Positions 9,575-18,389 of a DNA stretch of 47,071 bases are shown here, one piece after another. This DNA comes from a virus. Taxonomy: Duplodnaviria; Heunggongvirae; Uroviricota; Caudoviricetes. The notes beneath the pieces were generated by a model, which was not told the origin of the DNA, ran no database searches, and worked only from the letters and a program-made list of their open reading frames with translations. A program made the position numbers and the translations under genes. Each line of letters opens with the position of its first letter. Position 1 is the stretch's first letter. The stretch covers positions 1 through 47,071 of IMG/VR virus record IMGVR_UViG_3300030037_000008; one strand, written 5' to 3'.

Positions 9575-10243
9575 ATGATTTATCCGGCAGATAAAAAGTT
9601 GTCAGGCCATGAAAGAGAAGCAGGTATTGTTAACGCTGATCTGATTATATATTCTCAACGTCAACTTGATGGATCTTATATATCAAAGAATGCTTCATTA
9701 GAAGAACTAGGAAATGCTCTTGGTGTTTTAACTACTCAGTACTTTGAAGATTTTAGAACTGAGGAATTAACATTTGTAGCAGGTGTTGCAGCTTTAGCAG
9801 AACCACCACGGACTCCAAGTTTAGTGAGTATTTTTTACACAGGAGTTCAACAGACTAACGTTGATGTTAGTGTGACTAATCCAGATTTCAGTGTATCAGC
9901 TGCTGGCATAGTTACATTGGAAGTTGGTTCTGATATTCCTACTACAGGAACTGTTACTGCAGTGTATACTGTAGCAGAGCTAGAATCTCCTTCTAATACA
10001 GAGAGCGCCACTTTGTTTTCAGAGGAGATGACCTTCAGCGGTGGTGATACGATTGTACTCAGTGACACTCCAGTAGACGATGAGAACATACACGTATACT
10101 ACACAGGTATTTTCATGAATAATGGTACAGTTTCAGCAGGTCAAGCTGACTTCACTGTTAATACAAACATTATAACTCGAGATGCTCTTGGTAATATTCC
10201 AGCATTAGCAACAGTAATTATTTCTTACTCTCGCTACCTCTAA
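9575..10243 (+). CDS. Virion structural protein with a duplicated ~80-aa beta domain
   Basis: EELTFVAG...VSIFYTGV...DFSV repeated as EEMTFSGG...HVYYTGI...DFTV; last gene of the late cluster. Confidence 0.55.
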   Translation: MIYPADKKLSGHEREAGIVNADLIIYSQRQLDGSYISKNASLEELGNALGVLTTQYFEDFRTEELTFVAGVAALAEPPRTPSLVSIFYTGVQQTNVDVSVTNPDFSVSAAGIVTLEVGSDIPTTGTVTAVYTVAELESPSNTESATLFSEEMTFSGGDTIVLSDTPVDDENIHVYYTGIFMNNGTVSAGQADFTVNTNIITRDALGNIPALATVIISYSRYL

Positions 10244-10249
10244 ACAAAA

Positions 10250-10279
10250 AAAGGAGTATCAACTTAATGATACTCCTTT
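10250..10279. terminator. Bidirectional rho-independent terminator between convergent operons
   Basis: 12-bp perfect stem aaaggagtatca/tgatactccttt with an A-tract on the left and a T-rich right flank. Confidence 0.85.
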
Positions 10280-10299
10280 GTTATGTATTTTGCTTATGT

Positions 10300-10662
10300 T
10301 TAGGAAGCTAGTACTTCATCTTTGAATTCATTGAAGTTAACTTCAAGAATACTGAATAATGCATCACACACAGTCAGATAGTCATCTTCAGAATAGACAG
10401 TATTCTTATTCATCAAGTTACTAATGACGAGGCCGGTAGCAGGATATGAATCAGAGATGTTATTTAGTTCATAAGCATTTTCTTCAAAGAAGTCAATGAA
10501 GATAGATCCAAAGAGATCTTCATCAATTACAACTTCGTAATCAGAAGCAAATGAATTAACTGTATCGACAATCATCATCATCATTTCATAAGGGTCTTCT
10601 AAAACTGAGCCGAAGATCTCAGTTCCGCGTTCTAGGTTAATTTTTTCAATATCAATTTTCAT
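10300..10662 (-). CDS. Hypothetical acidic protein
   Basis: Tiles with its neighbours on the minus strand. Confidence 0.6.
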   Translation of the reverse strand: MKIDIEKINLERGTEIFGSVLEDPYEMMMMIVDTVNSFASDYEVVIDEDLFGSIFIDFFEENAYELNNISDSYPATGLVISNLMNKNTVYSEDDYLTVCDALFSILEVNFNEFKDEVLAS

Positions 10663-10664
10663 AT

Positions 10665-11921
10665 TTATTTTGTTCCAAATTTATCATTATTAAAGTTATT
10701 TTTACTAAAGACATATCTATCAACTAGTTTAACTAAGTTATCACCTAAGTCTACAACGAATCCTTCTGAGTATTCAGACTCCATCATATGTTCAGAGTTA
10801 TGTAAAGCTTTAATTAAATCAAGTTTATAAGTAGTTATTGCATCATGTAGTGTGACTAAGTTATTAAGATCTCCGCTGTTCTCATTGAGTAAGCTGTCTA
10901 TCTTTTCTTGTATTTTGTCTTTACCTTTCTGAGTTTTTAACTTATCTTTCTTTATTTGGTATTTATCATTAATGTGCTTGATGTATGCAGCATCAAAAGA
11001 AGGTTTAACATCCAATAAAGGAATGTCTTCTCTGATTAGTTTATTAACAAAGATCTTTAGCTCAGCTACAGAATCACTCTTGATGTCACTATTAAGCAAA
11101 CTAATACGATGCTTTATGTAATCATGATTAGGAAGCTTAAGCGTCTTCTGATCAATCGATTGGATCCAGTGAATGAATGCTTTAGGAGGAATGGTAAGAC
11201 CTGATTTAGATAAAGGAACTCTAATCAGATCCATTTTACCAGCATCAGTTTTACCTGCATTTTTATACTCAGTATGAATCATAAATCCCATGTCAGAATT
11301 AAGTACTTGTTGATACTCATCTGATTCACGATTAGTCACACTATACTCAATAGTGTTAGGAGTAAATGAAATTTTATCTTCATCAATTACTAAATCATCA
11401 CGAGTAAATAGCATATCCCCTTGATAAACTTTATCTTTAGGAGGGTCTAATCGTCTCAGACTATCCAATGCTATTAGAAGTTTCTTTTTAAGTTCATCGG
11501 ATGCATCATGATAATGCTTGTCAATACAAGCAGATGACTTAATAAGCTTAGGTACTTTGTTAAGAATTGACTTGGTTCCAATAAAGAATTCTCCATCATC
11601 ATGACCAAAGAACAATGCCGGTGCTCCATCAACTTTCACAGTTATATCACTTGTTTGTTGATCAAGAGAATCGAAGAAGTTATCGAAAAATTCAATACTT
11701 GTATCATCTAAACAGAATTCTTCCAAGTGAGCAATGTGCTTATTAACACTTTTACTATTTTCTGTTTCAGCCAGAGTTCTACGAATAATTCGTTTCTTTT
11801 TAAATTTATCTTTAAGAGTAGGATTCTTTGCACTGAATTTTGGATTATCATGAAAGTTTCCTAACACTCCGTCGGATGTCATTGCTCCTGCTGGTACTTC
11901 TTCTTCGACTTTCTTTTTCAT
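10665..11921 (-). CDS. Ligase/capping-enzyme superfamily nucleotidyltransferase (resembles phage DUF6267)
   Basis: Motif I TVKVDGAP, motif III-like YQGDMLF, motif IV EGFVV, motif V LVKLVDR; HIAHLEE N-terminal motif. Confidence 0.65.
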   Translation of the reverse strand: MKKKVEEEVPAGAMTSDGVLGNFHDNPKFSAKNPTLKDKFKKKRIIRRTLAETENSKSVNKHIAHLEEFCLDDTSIEFFDNFFDSLDQQTSDITVKVDGAPALFFGHDDGEFFIGTKSILNKVPKLIKSSACIDKHYHDASDELKKKLLIALDSLRRLDPPKDKVYQGDMLFTRDDLVIDEDKISFTPNTIEYSVTNRESDEYQQVLNSDMGFMIHTEYKNAGKTDAGKMDLIRVPLSKSGLTIPPKAFIHWIQSIDQKTLKLPNHDYIKHRISLLNSDIKSDSVAELKIFVNKLIREDIPLLDVKPSFDAAYIKHINDKYQIKKDKLKTQKGKDKIQEKIDSLLNENSGDLNNLVTLHDAITTYKLDLIKALHNSEHMMESEYSEGFVVDLGDNLVKLVDRYVFSKNNFNNDKFGTK

Positions 11922-11927
11922 AGGTGT

Positions 11928-12242
11928 TTAGCCTTCGTTTAATGTTGCCATAACTTGAGAATCATTAATGATAAAATACATATCATTCAAGTAGTTAACT
12001 TTAGTATAATCATGGTTTGCAAAAATAACAATCGCTCCAGTATTAATTGTATCATCAGGTACATAATTACCTACAGATACTACTTTACCAAATAGAGCCT
12101 TTGAATCTTGTGTTCTTTCTTTAAGCTCGTCAGGTAGAAACATTTTAACTTCGCCTGCTGCTGCTTCTTGTTCATATTCTTTACCATCAATTTCTTTACA
12201 TACGATAAAGTTGCCGAATGCTTTTGGGTATTGTTCTGACAT
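11928..12242 (-). CDS. groES: GroES-like co-chaperonin
   Basis: PKAFGNFIVCKE...mobile loop...GKVVSVG...GAIVIF...YFIINDSQVMA matches the Cpn10 pattern. Confidence 0.85.
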   Translation of the reverse strand: MSEQYPKAFGNFIVCKEIDGKEYEQEAAAGEVKMFLPDELKERTQDSKALFGKVVSVGNYVPDDTINTGAIVIFANHDYTKVNYLNDMYFIINDSQVMATLNEG

Positions 12243-12256
12243 ATTTTTATTTCCTT

Positions 12257-12577
12257 TTATTTGTAAGTGTAACTTACAGTTTGTATTTGTTTCATTTCAA
12301 AGATATCTTCAGGAGAATCTATACATAGATCTTCAAGAGAATTCTGCTCACTCTTACAATTCCAATGTCCAATGCCAATGTACTTATCTTTAATCTTAAA
12401 TACTTTGACGGATGCTATGTACCAGCGATGTTCATCATAATCAATTTCATCTACTTCTTCACCGGCAATATCTAATGAAGCTTCGACATCCCAGTAATCT
12501 GAAAAATCAATAGTAGCGTTTTGATCTTTTTCGTGATCTTTGTAAGCTTGTAGTAAAAACTCTTGTAGTTCATTCAT
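12257..12577 (-). CDS. Hypothetical phage protein
   Basis: SD AAAGGA; DEHRWY motif typical of small acidic phage proteins. Confidence 0.6.
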   Translation of the reverse strand: MNELQEFLLQAYKDHEKDQNATIDFSDYWDVEASLDIAGEEVDEIDYDEHRWYIASVKVFKIKDKYIGIGHWNCKSEQNSLEDLCIDSPEDIFEMKQIQTVSYTYK

Positions 12578-12593
12578 AATTATAATCCTTTTA

Positions 12594-13481
12594 TTACAAG
12601 AAACTACTAAAATCGGATAATGTAATCTTCATCTTATTAATAGCAGTTCTTTCTGCTTTTGATACTTCAGATGGTTCTTTACCTAATTCAGCAGCAACTT
12701 CATTAACAGTGAGTCGTGAATTTTTACGCTTATTGTAATAGCGAGTTTGAATAACATCTCTTTCTAATTCTTCTAAAGATTCAATAGTTTCTCTGAGAAT
12801 TTTTGTAAATTCAGCAGCATGAGCATTAACATCAGGAGCATTAAAGTGACCTTTACCTTCCAAGTCATATTCTGTCATAAGACTATCTGCAGTGATATCA
12901 TTGTCATTTAATGATTGTTGCTGGCGTTGCATTCCTAATCCAATAAGGAATCTAGCATTTTTAGCAATGATCTTATGATCATAAGATCTTTGTTTTGAAG
13001 CGCCACCTGGTGGCTTCTTAAATTTAATTGCTTCGAGAATATCTGAATCTGACATTGCTTCTACATCTGCTCGTTTTCCTTCAGCTAACATTTTTTCTCT
13101 GAATGCGTTGATATTAACGATTCGAACTGATACAGAATCTGGAATCTTAATAGCAGGACAAATTTTTGCTGCTAATCGTTTGATATAAATTTTAGAGTAG
13201 TTATTCAGATAAAGAACAATTGCACCATCAAATTTATCATCCACATCATGAATTGCTCGTACTGCATTTATCAGAGCACTGATACCTTCAGATTGTAGAT
13301 CTTCGATATGAGAATTACTTCCACCAAAAACTTTCGAGAACAATGCAGATTGCTTATAGATATAACTTCTAAAGCTGTCAATAATTTCAACCAAAGCTTC
13401 GTCTGCTTGGGGCTGAACTTCTGTTTTACAAACTTTAATTAGATCTCTTAGAATACTGCCGTTGCTTTGTTTTCTGGACAT
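12594..13481 (-). CDS. Sigma70-family RNA polymerase sigma factor
   Basis: Region 2 IEDLQSEGISALINAV; region 4 LEELERDVIQTRY...LTVNEVAAELGKEPSEVSKAERTAINKMK. Confidence 0.85.
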   Translation of the reverse strand: MSRKQSNGSILRDLIKVCKTEVQPQADEALVEIIDSFRSYIYKQSALFSKVFGGSNSHIEDLQSEGISALINAVRAIHDVDDKFDGAIVLYLNNYSKIYIKRLAAKICPAIKIPDSVSVRIVNINAFREKMLAEGKRADVEAMSDSDILEAIKFKKPPGGASKQRSYDHKIIAKNARFLIGLGMQRQQQSLNDNDITADSLMTEYDLEGKGHFNAPDVNAHAAEFTKILRETIESLEELERDVIQTRYYNKRKNSRLTVNEVAAELGKEPSEVSKAERTAINKMKITLSDFSSFL

Positions 13482-13522
13482 AGTTAATAACCTTTTTATT
13501 TTTGTCGTAATTTGTGAGTGGA

Positions 13523-13547
13523 AAGGACTATATGAATTATAGTCCTT
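13523..13547. promoter_or_regulatory. Hairpin upstream of the sigma gene (terminator or leader structure)
   Basis: 10-bp stem aaggactata/tatagtcctt; no clear U-tract in the sense direction. Confidence 0.45.
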
Positions 13548-13573
13548 CTTAGTATAATACCTTTATGTTACCT

Positions 13574-14179
13574 TTAAGCCCGATCTGCTATAATTTGTTC
13601 AGTTATTTCAACTGATCTAGCTGCTACGAAGTCATGGGGCTTTACAATATCAAGTTTTGACTTACGTTTACTTAATGGATCGTTATCACCTGTTGATCTT
13701 ACTTTTGACATATTAGCTCTAACAACGTCATTCCATAGAAGACAGAATTCTTCGTTAGTTAGACCCATCATATCAATTGTACCTAATGCTATGTATACAA
13801 TATCTATCAAAGCATCGAAGGCTTCGGGTAGATCATTTGTTTCAATGGCATCTTTAAACTCATCAAACTCTTCTTGAATAAAGTTAGCTCTAAATTGCAT
13901 AGCTTCTTTATCACAGAATCCGGGAGATTCGTTAATAGGAATATCAAATTTACCATGGAAGCCTGATACATCATTTAAAAGTTTAGACCATTTGTATTTG
14001 CTACTATCAACCAGGTTACCTGTTTCTTTTACTTGAGCATCTACTTGTGCTGCAATTTGTTTGCTAACATCTTTAAACATTTCGTCTATTTTAGATGTGA
14101 TTTCTTTTTTAGCAACTTCTTTATATTCAGACTTGAATTTTTCAATTGCTGTGTTGAATTCTTCTTCAGTATATGTCAT
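13574..14179 (-). CDS. MazG-like all-alpha NTP pyrophosphohydrolase (dUTPase/dCTPase candidate)
   Basis: FRANFIQEEFDEF...DALIDIVYIALGT...VVRANMSK...IVKP pattern. Confidence 0.85.
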   Translation of the reverse strand: MTYTEEEFNTAIEKFKSEYKEVAKKEITSKIDEMFKDVSKQIAAQVDAQVKETGNLVDSSKYKWSKLLNDVSGFHGKFDIPINESPGFCDKEAMQFRANFIQEEFDEFKDAIETNDLPEAFDALIDIVYIALGTIDMMGLTNEEFCLLWNDVVRANMSKVRSTGDNDPLSKRKSKLDIVKPHDFVAARSVEITEQIIADRA

Positions 14180-14265
14180 ACTTTTCCTATTTAGTTGTTA
14201 ATAATAGTTGCTATAAAACAACTATTATGAGTTTGAAATTTTATTTGTTAATATTTTTATATTTT

Positions 14266-14550
14266 TTATTCGTACTCTATCCAGCCACTTCCGCCACCGT
14301 CGTCATTATAGACTTCCCATTCACGTTCAACACTTTCTGCAAGTTTAGTTAGAGATGTTATGTCACTACTGAATTCAATTTCACAATCATCTAGATGTTC
14401 TTGAAGAGAGTCAACATCAAAGAACTCTTCCTTTTTTGTTCCATCTCTTGTAAGTTCATAGCCACCAATCCAAAATAGAGTGACTTGCCCAGGTTTTCTT
14501 TTATCTAGCTCTGCTTGTAAATCAGCAGTGGATACTTTACTTAAATTCAT
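14266..14550 (-). CDS. Hypothetical protein
   Basis: Adjacent to the helicase stop; acidic. Confidence 0.55.
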   Translation of the reverse strand: MNLSKVSTADLQAELDKRKPGQVTLFWIGGYELTRDGTKKEEFFDVDSLQEHLDDCEIEFSSDITSLTKLAESVEREWEVYNDDGGGSGWIEYE

Positions 14551-14551
14551 A

Positions 14552-16174
14552 TTACAATTCCTTATATGCTTCGAAGAACCATGGCGGTACGATTCGATGA
14601 TTTCTGGTTAATAGATTAGAGATAGCTGGATCTAATATGTAGGTAACACTCTTATCAGTTTCTGATCTTAATGTTCTGCCATAAGCTTGAATTATTTTTC
14701 TAATAGTTTCAACAGCATACCATCTGCTATTTAATTCCATTCGAGTTTTAACAAAGTTATCTCCTAAGAATCCAAAGGGTGCTTTACAGATTACTGAGAA
14801 TTCTCCGAGATCGCCATGTAAGTCTAAACCTTCAGTCAGACTTGGTGATAGAAGAACTCCGTCGCTATGATTACGATGGAACTTATCAATATCTTGATCT
14901 CTATTTCCACCACGTGGAATCATTAATCGTTTAGCATATTCTTCTGGAACATTCTCAATAATGTACTTAGCTAAGGCATATGATTGCGTATGAATAATAC
15001 CTCTTTGGCCAGCATGTTTCTTGAGTATGTTAGTGACAATCTTTACAATTTTCGGTCTAACTTTTTCCATTGTATTGTAGTTGATCTTACCGATCTTTGA
15101 TGAGAGATCTAAAATTGGTCTATTCTCTTTAGGAAAGAAGTCATCACATACTACATATTCAACGTCTCTGATATCGATATTAAGATCTTTACAGAACTGA
15201 TCAATATCAAGAATAGTAGCTGACATCATAAGAACCTTTTCACTATTAGCAAATAGGAGATCTCTTAGATCATTATCAACTGCTAAAGGTTTGAATTCAA
15301 TTTGCCATTCATCCTTATTGATAACTACTTCATTATCATTTTCTCTTAGAGCTAAGCAGCCTTGAATTTGACCAGTAAGATTATCAAAGAATGATAGTTG
15401 TTTGTTAAGTAATGACATACCTTTAAGTTCTTCTTTATCCATAGTCGCAATCTTAAGTAAGATCTTATCCAGGATATCTTGAGACCAAGGTAGTATTTCT
15501 TCTTCTAACCAGACGAATAGCTTTTCTTTATCATCAAACTTTGGGATTGGTTCGCAATGGTATTTGTATAAAGTTTTAATTTCAATTGGTTTAATTTTGA
15601 AAGCACCTAGATTTAATAGAACACCTTCAGTATTGTGTGCTTCATCAAGAATTAAGAAAGGACGGTAATCAAATTTGAGTGCCTTTTCTGGTATCTTGCC
15701 TGTCTTGAGTATACCTGCCATCGCCATATAGTAAGAATAGTTAAGTACTCCTAAATCAGATCCATATACTTCATCTTTAAGAACATTGTAAGCACAGTGA
15801 CATGTAATTTTCTTATCGAATTTACATGCTCCTACTTTACATGATCTACCTTTAGCAAGATCGCATGGATAATTCTCTGCACCTTTTACAGTAGCAATAG
15901 AAAGTTTAGCTTTATTGAACTCTCTAAATGATTTCATGTATTGTTCTTGTAAGCCTTTCTGACTAGTAAGAACGTAAGAAGTCCAATCATGCAATTCTTT
16001 AAAGTAACCTGAAATTGCATACGCTACTGCGGATTTACCAACACCAGTTGGAGCTTGGAGTACTACATATTTTTTTGTTTCAAATCCCTTTGCAATTTGT
16101 GTACATATTTCTAACTGATTCTTTCTAGCTATGTCGAACGGGAAGTGATGATCGAAATCCGTTTCTGTGAACAT
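14552..16174 (-). CDS. DinG/XPD-family (YoaA-like) Fe-S helicase
   Basis: Walker A APTGVGKS, Cys cluster after motif Ia, DEAH box, MMSAT, EGLDL, QAYGRTLRSETD. Confidence 0.92.
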   Translation of the reverse strand: MFTETDFDHHFPFDIARKNQLEICTQIAKGFETKKYVVLQAPTGVGKSAVAYAISGYFKELHDWTSYVLTSQKGLQEQYMKSFREFNKAKLSIATVKGAENYPCDLAKGRSCKVGACKFDKKITCHCAYNVLKDEVYGSDLGVLNYSYYMAMAGILKTGKIPEKALKFDYRPFLILDEAHNTEGVLLNLGAFKIKPIEIKTLYKYHCEPIPKFDDKEKLFVWLEEEILPWSQDILDKILLKIATMDKEELKGMSLLNKQLSFFDNLTGQIQGCLALRENDNEVVINKDEWQIEFKPLAVDNDLRDLLFANSEKVLMMSATILDIDQFCKDLNIDIRDVEYVVCDDFFPKENRPILDLSSKIGKINYNTMEKVRPKIVKIVTNILKKHAGQRGIIHTQSYALAKYIIENVPEEYAKRLMIPRGGNRDQDIDKFHRNHSDGVLLSPSLTEGLDLHGDLGEFSVICKAPFGFLGDNFVKTRMELNSRWYAVETIRKIIQAYGRTLRSETDKSVTYILDPAISNLLTRNHRIVPPWFFEAYKEL

Positions 16175-16275
16175 TTGTATTTGGTTTCCTTTAGATTGTT
16201 GCGGTTGTAGAGTTGCTAATATATACCATTAAGTATAATATTAACAACTCAGATTGGATTAAACTTACTAATTAA

Positions 16276-17046
16276 TTAGTCGTCTGATCCGCCACCGTCA
16301 CCGCCAGAATCTGAAGAGCCTGAGTCGTATGAAGAACCAGAATCATAAGATGAACTTGAGCTGTAACTTGAAGAACTAGATTCATATGAATGATTTACTT
16401 CGTTGCTATAGGTGGATGGTTCGCGATTTGAATCGTTACCACTAGTCATAGTATTCAAGTTAGACATGTTTGCAACATCATCTAAAATAATATCAGTTAC
16501 TGTAGGCACGTTATTAGCAGTGACTGGATCAATATTTAAAACATTGCCATCAACTCTGTGATCACTGATAACTTCACTTAGAAGATGAGCAGCATCATTG
16601 AATGTTTCGAATACTTCTACTACATCAAGAATATCATCAAGATCATCCAACTCATCATCAATATCAAACGATGTTGACTTAAGTTTCGTTGGCTTTTGTT
16701 TAGCTTGCTTACTTTTAGTCTTACGTTTCTTTGCTGCAGTTTCAGCCTTTTCGATTTTATGGAGCAATTGAGCTTGAACTTTTGTTACAGCATCAGTAAT
16801 TGCGATTGCTGGATTAGTATTCTCTACTGTAGATTCGATATTTTTGCCTTTACCGATTGCTACTACATGGACTACTGCTTCGTTGTGTTCTTCGTTAATT
16901 ACAACATCAAGACGAGTAATTTCTTTCTGAATAAATTCAGGAATTCTAGTTACTGATATTGATACTGCGGTACGGATAGACATCGGTGCTTTTGTGATGT
17001 TTCTGAACCATTTTTTCTTGCCTTTATAACTAATGGTTGTTTCCAT
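16276..17046 (-). CDS. HPF/RaiA-like (ribosome hibernation) N-terminal domain fused to acidic and Ser/Gly-rich tails
   Basis: ITRLDVVINEEHNEAVVHVVAIGKGKNIESTVENTNPAIAITDAVTKVQAQLLHKIEK parallels the HPF beta-beta-beta-alpha segment ending A(I)D..K...QL.K. Confidence 0.6.
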   Translation of the reverse strand: METTISYKGKKKWFRNITKAPMSIRTAVSISVTRIPEFIQKEITRLDVVINEEHNEAVVHVVAIGKGKNIESTVENTNPAIAITDAVTKVQAQLLHKIEKAETAAKKRKTKSKQAKQKPTKLKSTSFDIDDELDDLDDILDVVEVFETFNDAAHLLSEVISDHRVDGNVLNIDPVTANNVPTVTDIILDDVANMSNLNTMTSGNDSNREPSTYSNEVNHSYESSSSSYSSSSSYDSGSSYDSGSSDSGGDGGGSDD

Positions 17047-17087
17047 TATATGTTCCTTTTTGTTTTTGTTGTTGTTTGTTGTTGAAA

Positions 17088-18389
17088 TTAAATATCCATG
17101 ATATCATCTAAAACTTCCACGTATGGATTGAATTCTGGAAAGTTACATATTACAATGAGTCTTTTTAACGCAGCTAAGAAAACTTTATCGAACATCTTAG
17201 GTTGATCTATAATAAACACATCTTTGAATTCTTCGGGGTATTCCGTTCCACCTTGCCATGAAATTACATTAATATTATATTTATTGGTGCTATGAACATA
17301 GATCATACGCGTACGATCACCACCTGGCTTTATCTTTTCGTATTTATTATCAAGGCCCATGTGCTCAATTACATGATTAAAGAACTCACATCCTTTTGCG
17401 CCTGCTTGAGCTCCTTTCTCTACTTCTAAGAATCCTAGGACATCTTTCTTTGTGTTATAGCCGCGCCAAAAAGCCATGTCTTCAGGAGGTAACTCTCTGA
17501 ACTTATCCCAAATTCTCATAATCTCTCCTGCAAATTTCTCTGAGGACCATGGTTCTTCTAATATAGAATAGAAGATGTGTTTAAGTTCATGTTTAATAGC
17601 ATCCGGGTGTTCAGATTTTTTAATCTCTACACCTACAGGTTTAAAGTAAGTATCTACAATATATTTGCCAGTAAGATCTTTATCTCCATCCATATTAAGA
17701 GTTCTAATAATGTACCGTTTCTTAGCAAAGAATAATCCAGAAGAGCATACAGTTTCTCGACCAAACTTAATACATCTATCTCCAGGACCAGCATTGAATT
17801 TCTTTTGCATCATTCTGTCAGAGAATACATTGAGCTTATCACATATATCATCAGCAGCTACACATAGAATTTGAGTATCTTCATATTCAATATCTTTGTC
17901 ATAGACACCATCTATATCTCTACCAATTGCTCTACCTTTTAATAGAACTTCAGTAAGTGGTTTGATGTTAACATATACTGAGTTGTGAACTAGAATGTCA
18001 TTACCGAAGAATATATGAGGATCTTCTTCCATTTGAATATCGTACATGTAGTCTTTTTCAGTAGCTGTATCTACTTCTATGGATTTGATGTCCACTAAAG
18101 TTGCTGAGCCGTTATCATCTAAGAATAACTGATCAGTTTCAGTATTGATCTCATCTGCAGCTACTTTTAATAGTTCTCCATCTCTGAAAACCATAGCACA
18201 ATGATCAGCAGTAATTACGATTGATTTGCCACCTTCTGCGTGAATAGTGTGTCTATCTTTATCAACCTTGTGTCTTATAAGACGCTTGATAGGTCTGTAT
18301 TCGACCTTTCCATTAACTAATGTAGTACAACTTAGGTTGTCTACTTCAATCATTTCATGACCGTCATGTGTCTTAATAATGTTACTCAT
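17088..18389 (-). CDS. polB: Family B DNA polymerase, C-terminal fragment, preceded by a split-intein C-fragment
   Basis: After HN comes SVYV (second half of motif C, YGDTD|SVY), then FFAKKRYI and KPVGVEIKKSEHP; has its own AGGAG SD and ATG. Confidence 0.92.
   Translation of the reverse strand: MSNIIKTHDGHEMIEVDNLSCTTLVNGKVEYRPIKRLIRHKVDKDRHTIHAEGGKSIVITADHCAMVFRDGELLKVAADEINTETDQLFLDDNGSATLVDIKSIEVDTATEKDYMYDIQMEEDPHIFFGNDILVHNSVYVNIKPLTEVLLKGRAIGRDIDGVYDKDIEYEDTQILCVAADDICDKLNVFSDRMMQKKFNAGPGDRCIKFGRETVCSSGLFFAKKRYIIRTLNMDGDKDLTGKYIVDTYFKPVGVEIKKSEHPDAIKHELKHIFYSILEEPWSSEKFAGEIMRIWDKFRELPPEDMAFWRGYNTKKDVLGFLEVEKGAQAGAKGCEFFNHVIEHMGLDNKYEKIKPGGDRTRMIYVHSTNKYNINVISWQGGTEYPEEFKDVFIIDQPKMFDKVFLAALKRLIVICNFPEFNPYVEVLDDIMDI
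17982..18389 (-). mobile_element. Split intein C-fragment (136 aa) containing blocks B, F and G but not block A
   Basis: IVITADH (TxxH), YMYDIQM, HIFFGNDILVHN then Ser+1; no N-terminal C/S nucleophile block. Confidence 0.9.

Noticed and set aside
11928-12242. GroES without GroEL as a novelty
   Set aside because: Stand-alone co-chaperonins are common in large phages (T4 gp31 precedent)
17047-17087. CAA-rich microsatellite as a phase-variation tract
   Set aside because: Irregular, non-coding and directly upstream of an SD; better explained as an unstructured translation enhancer
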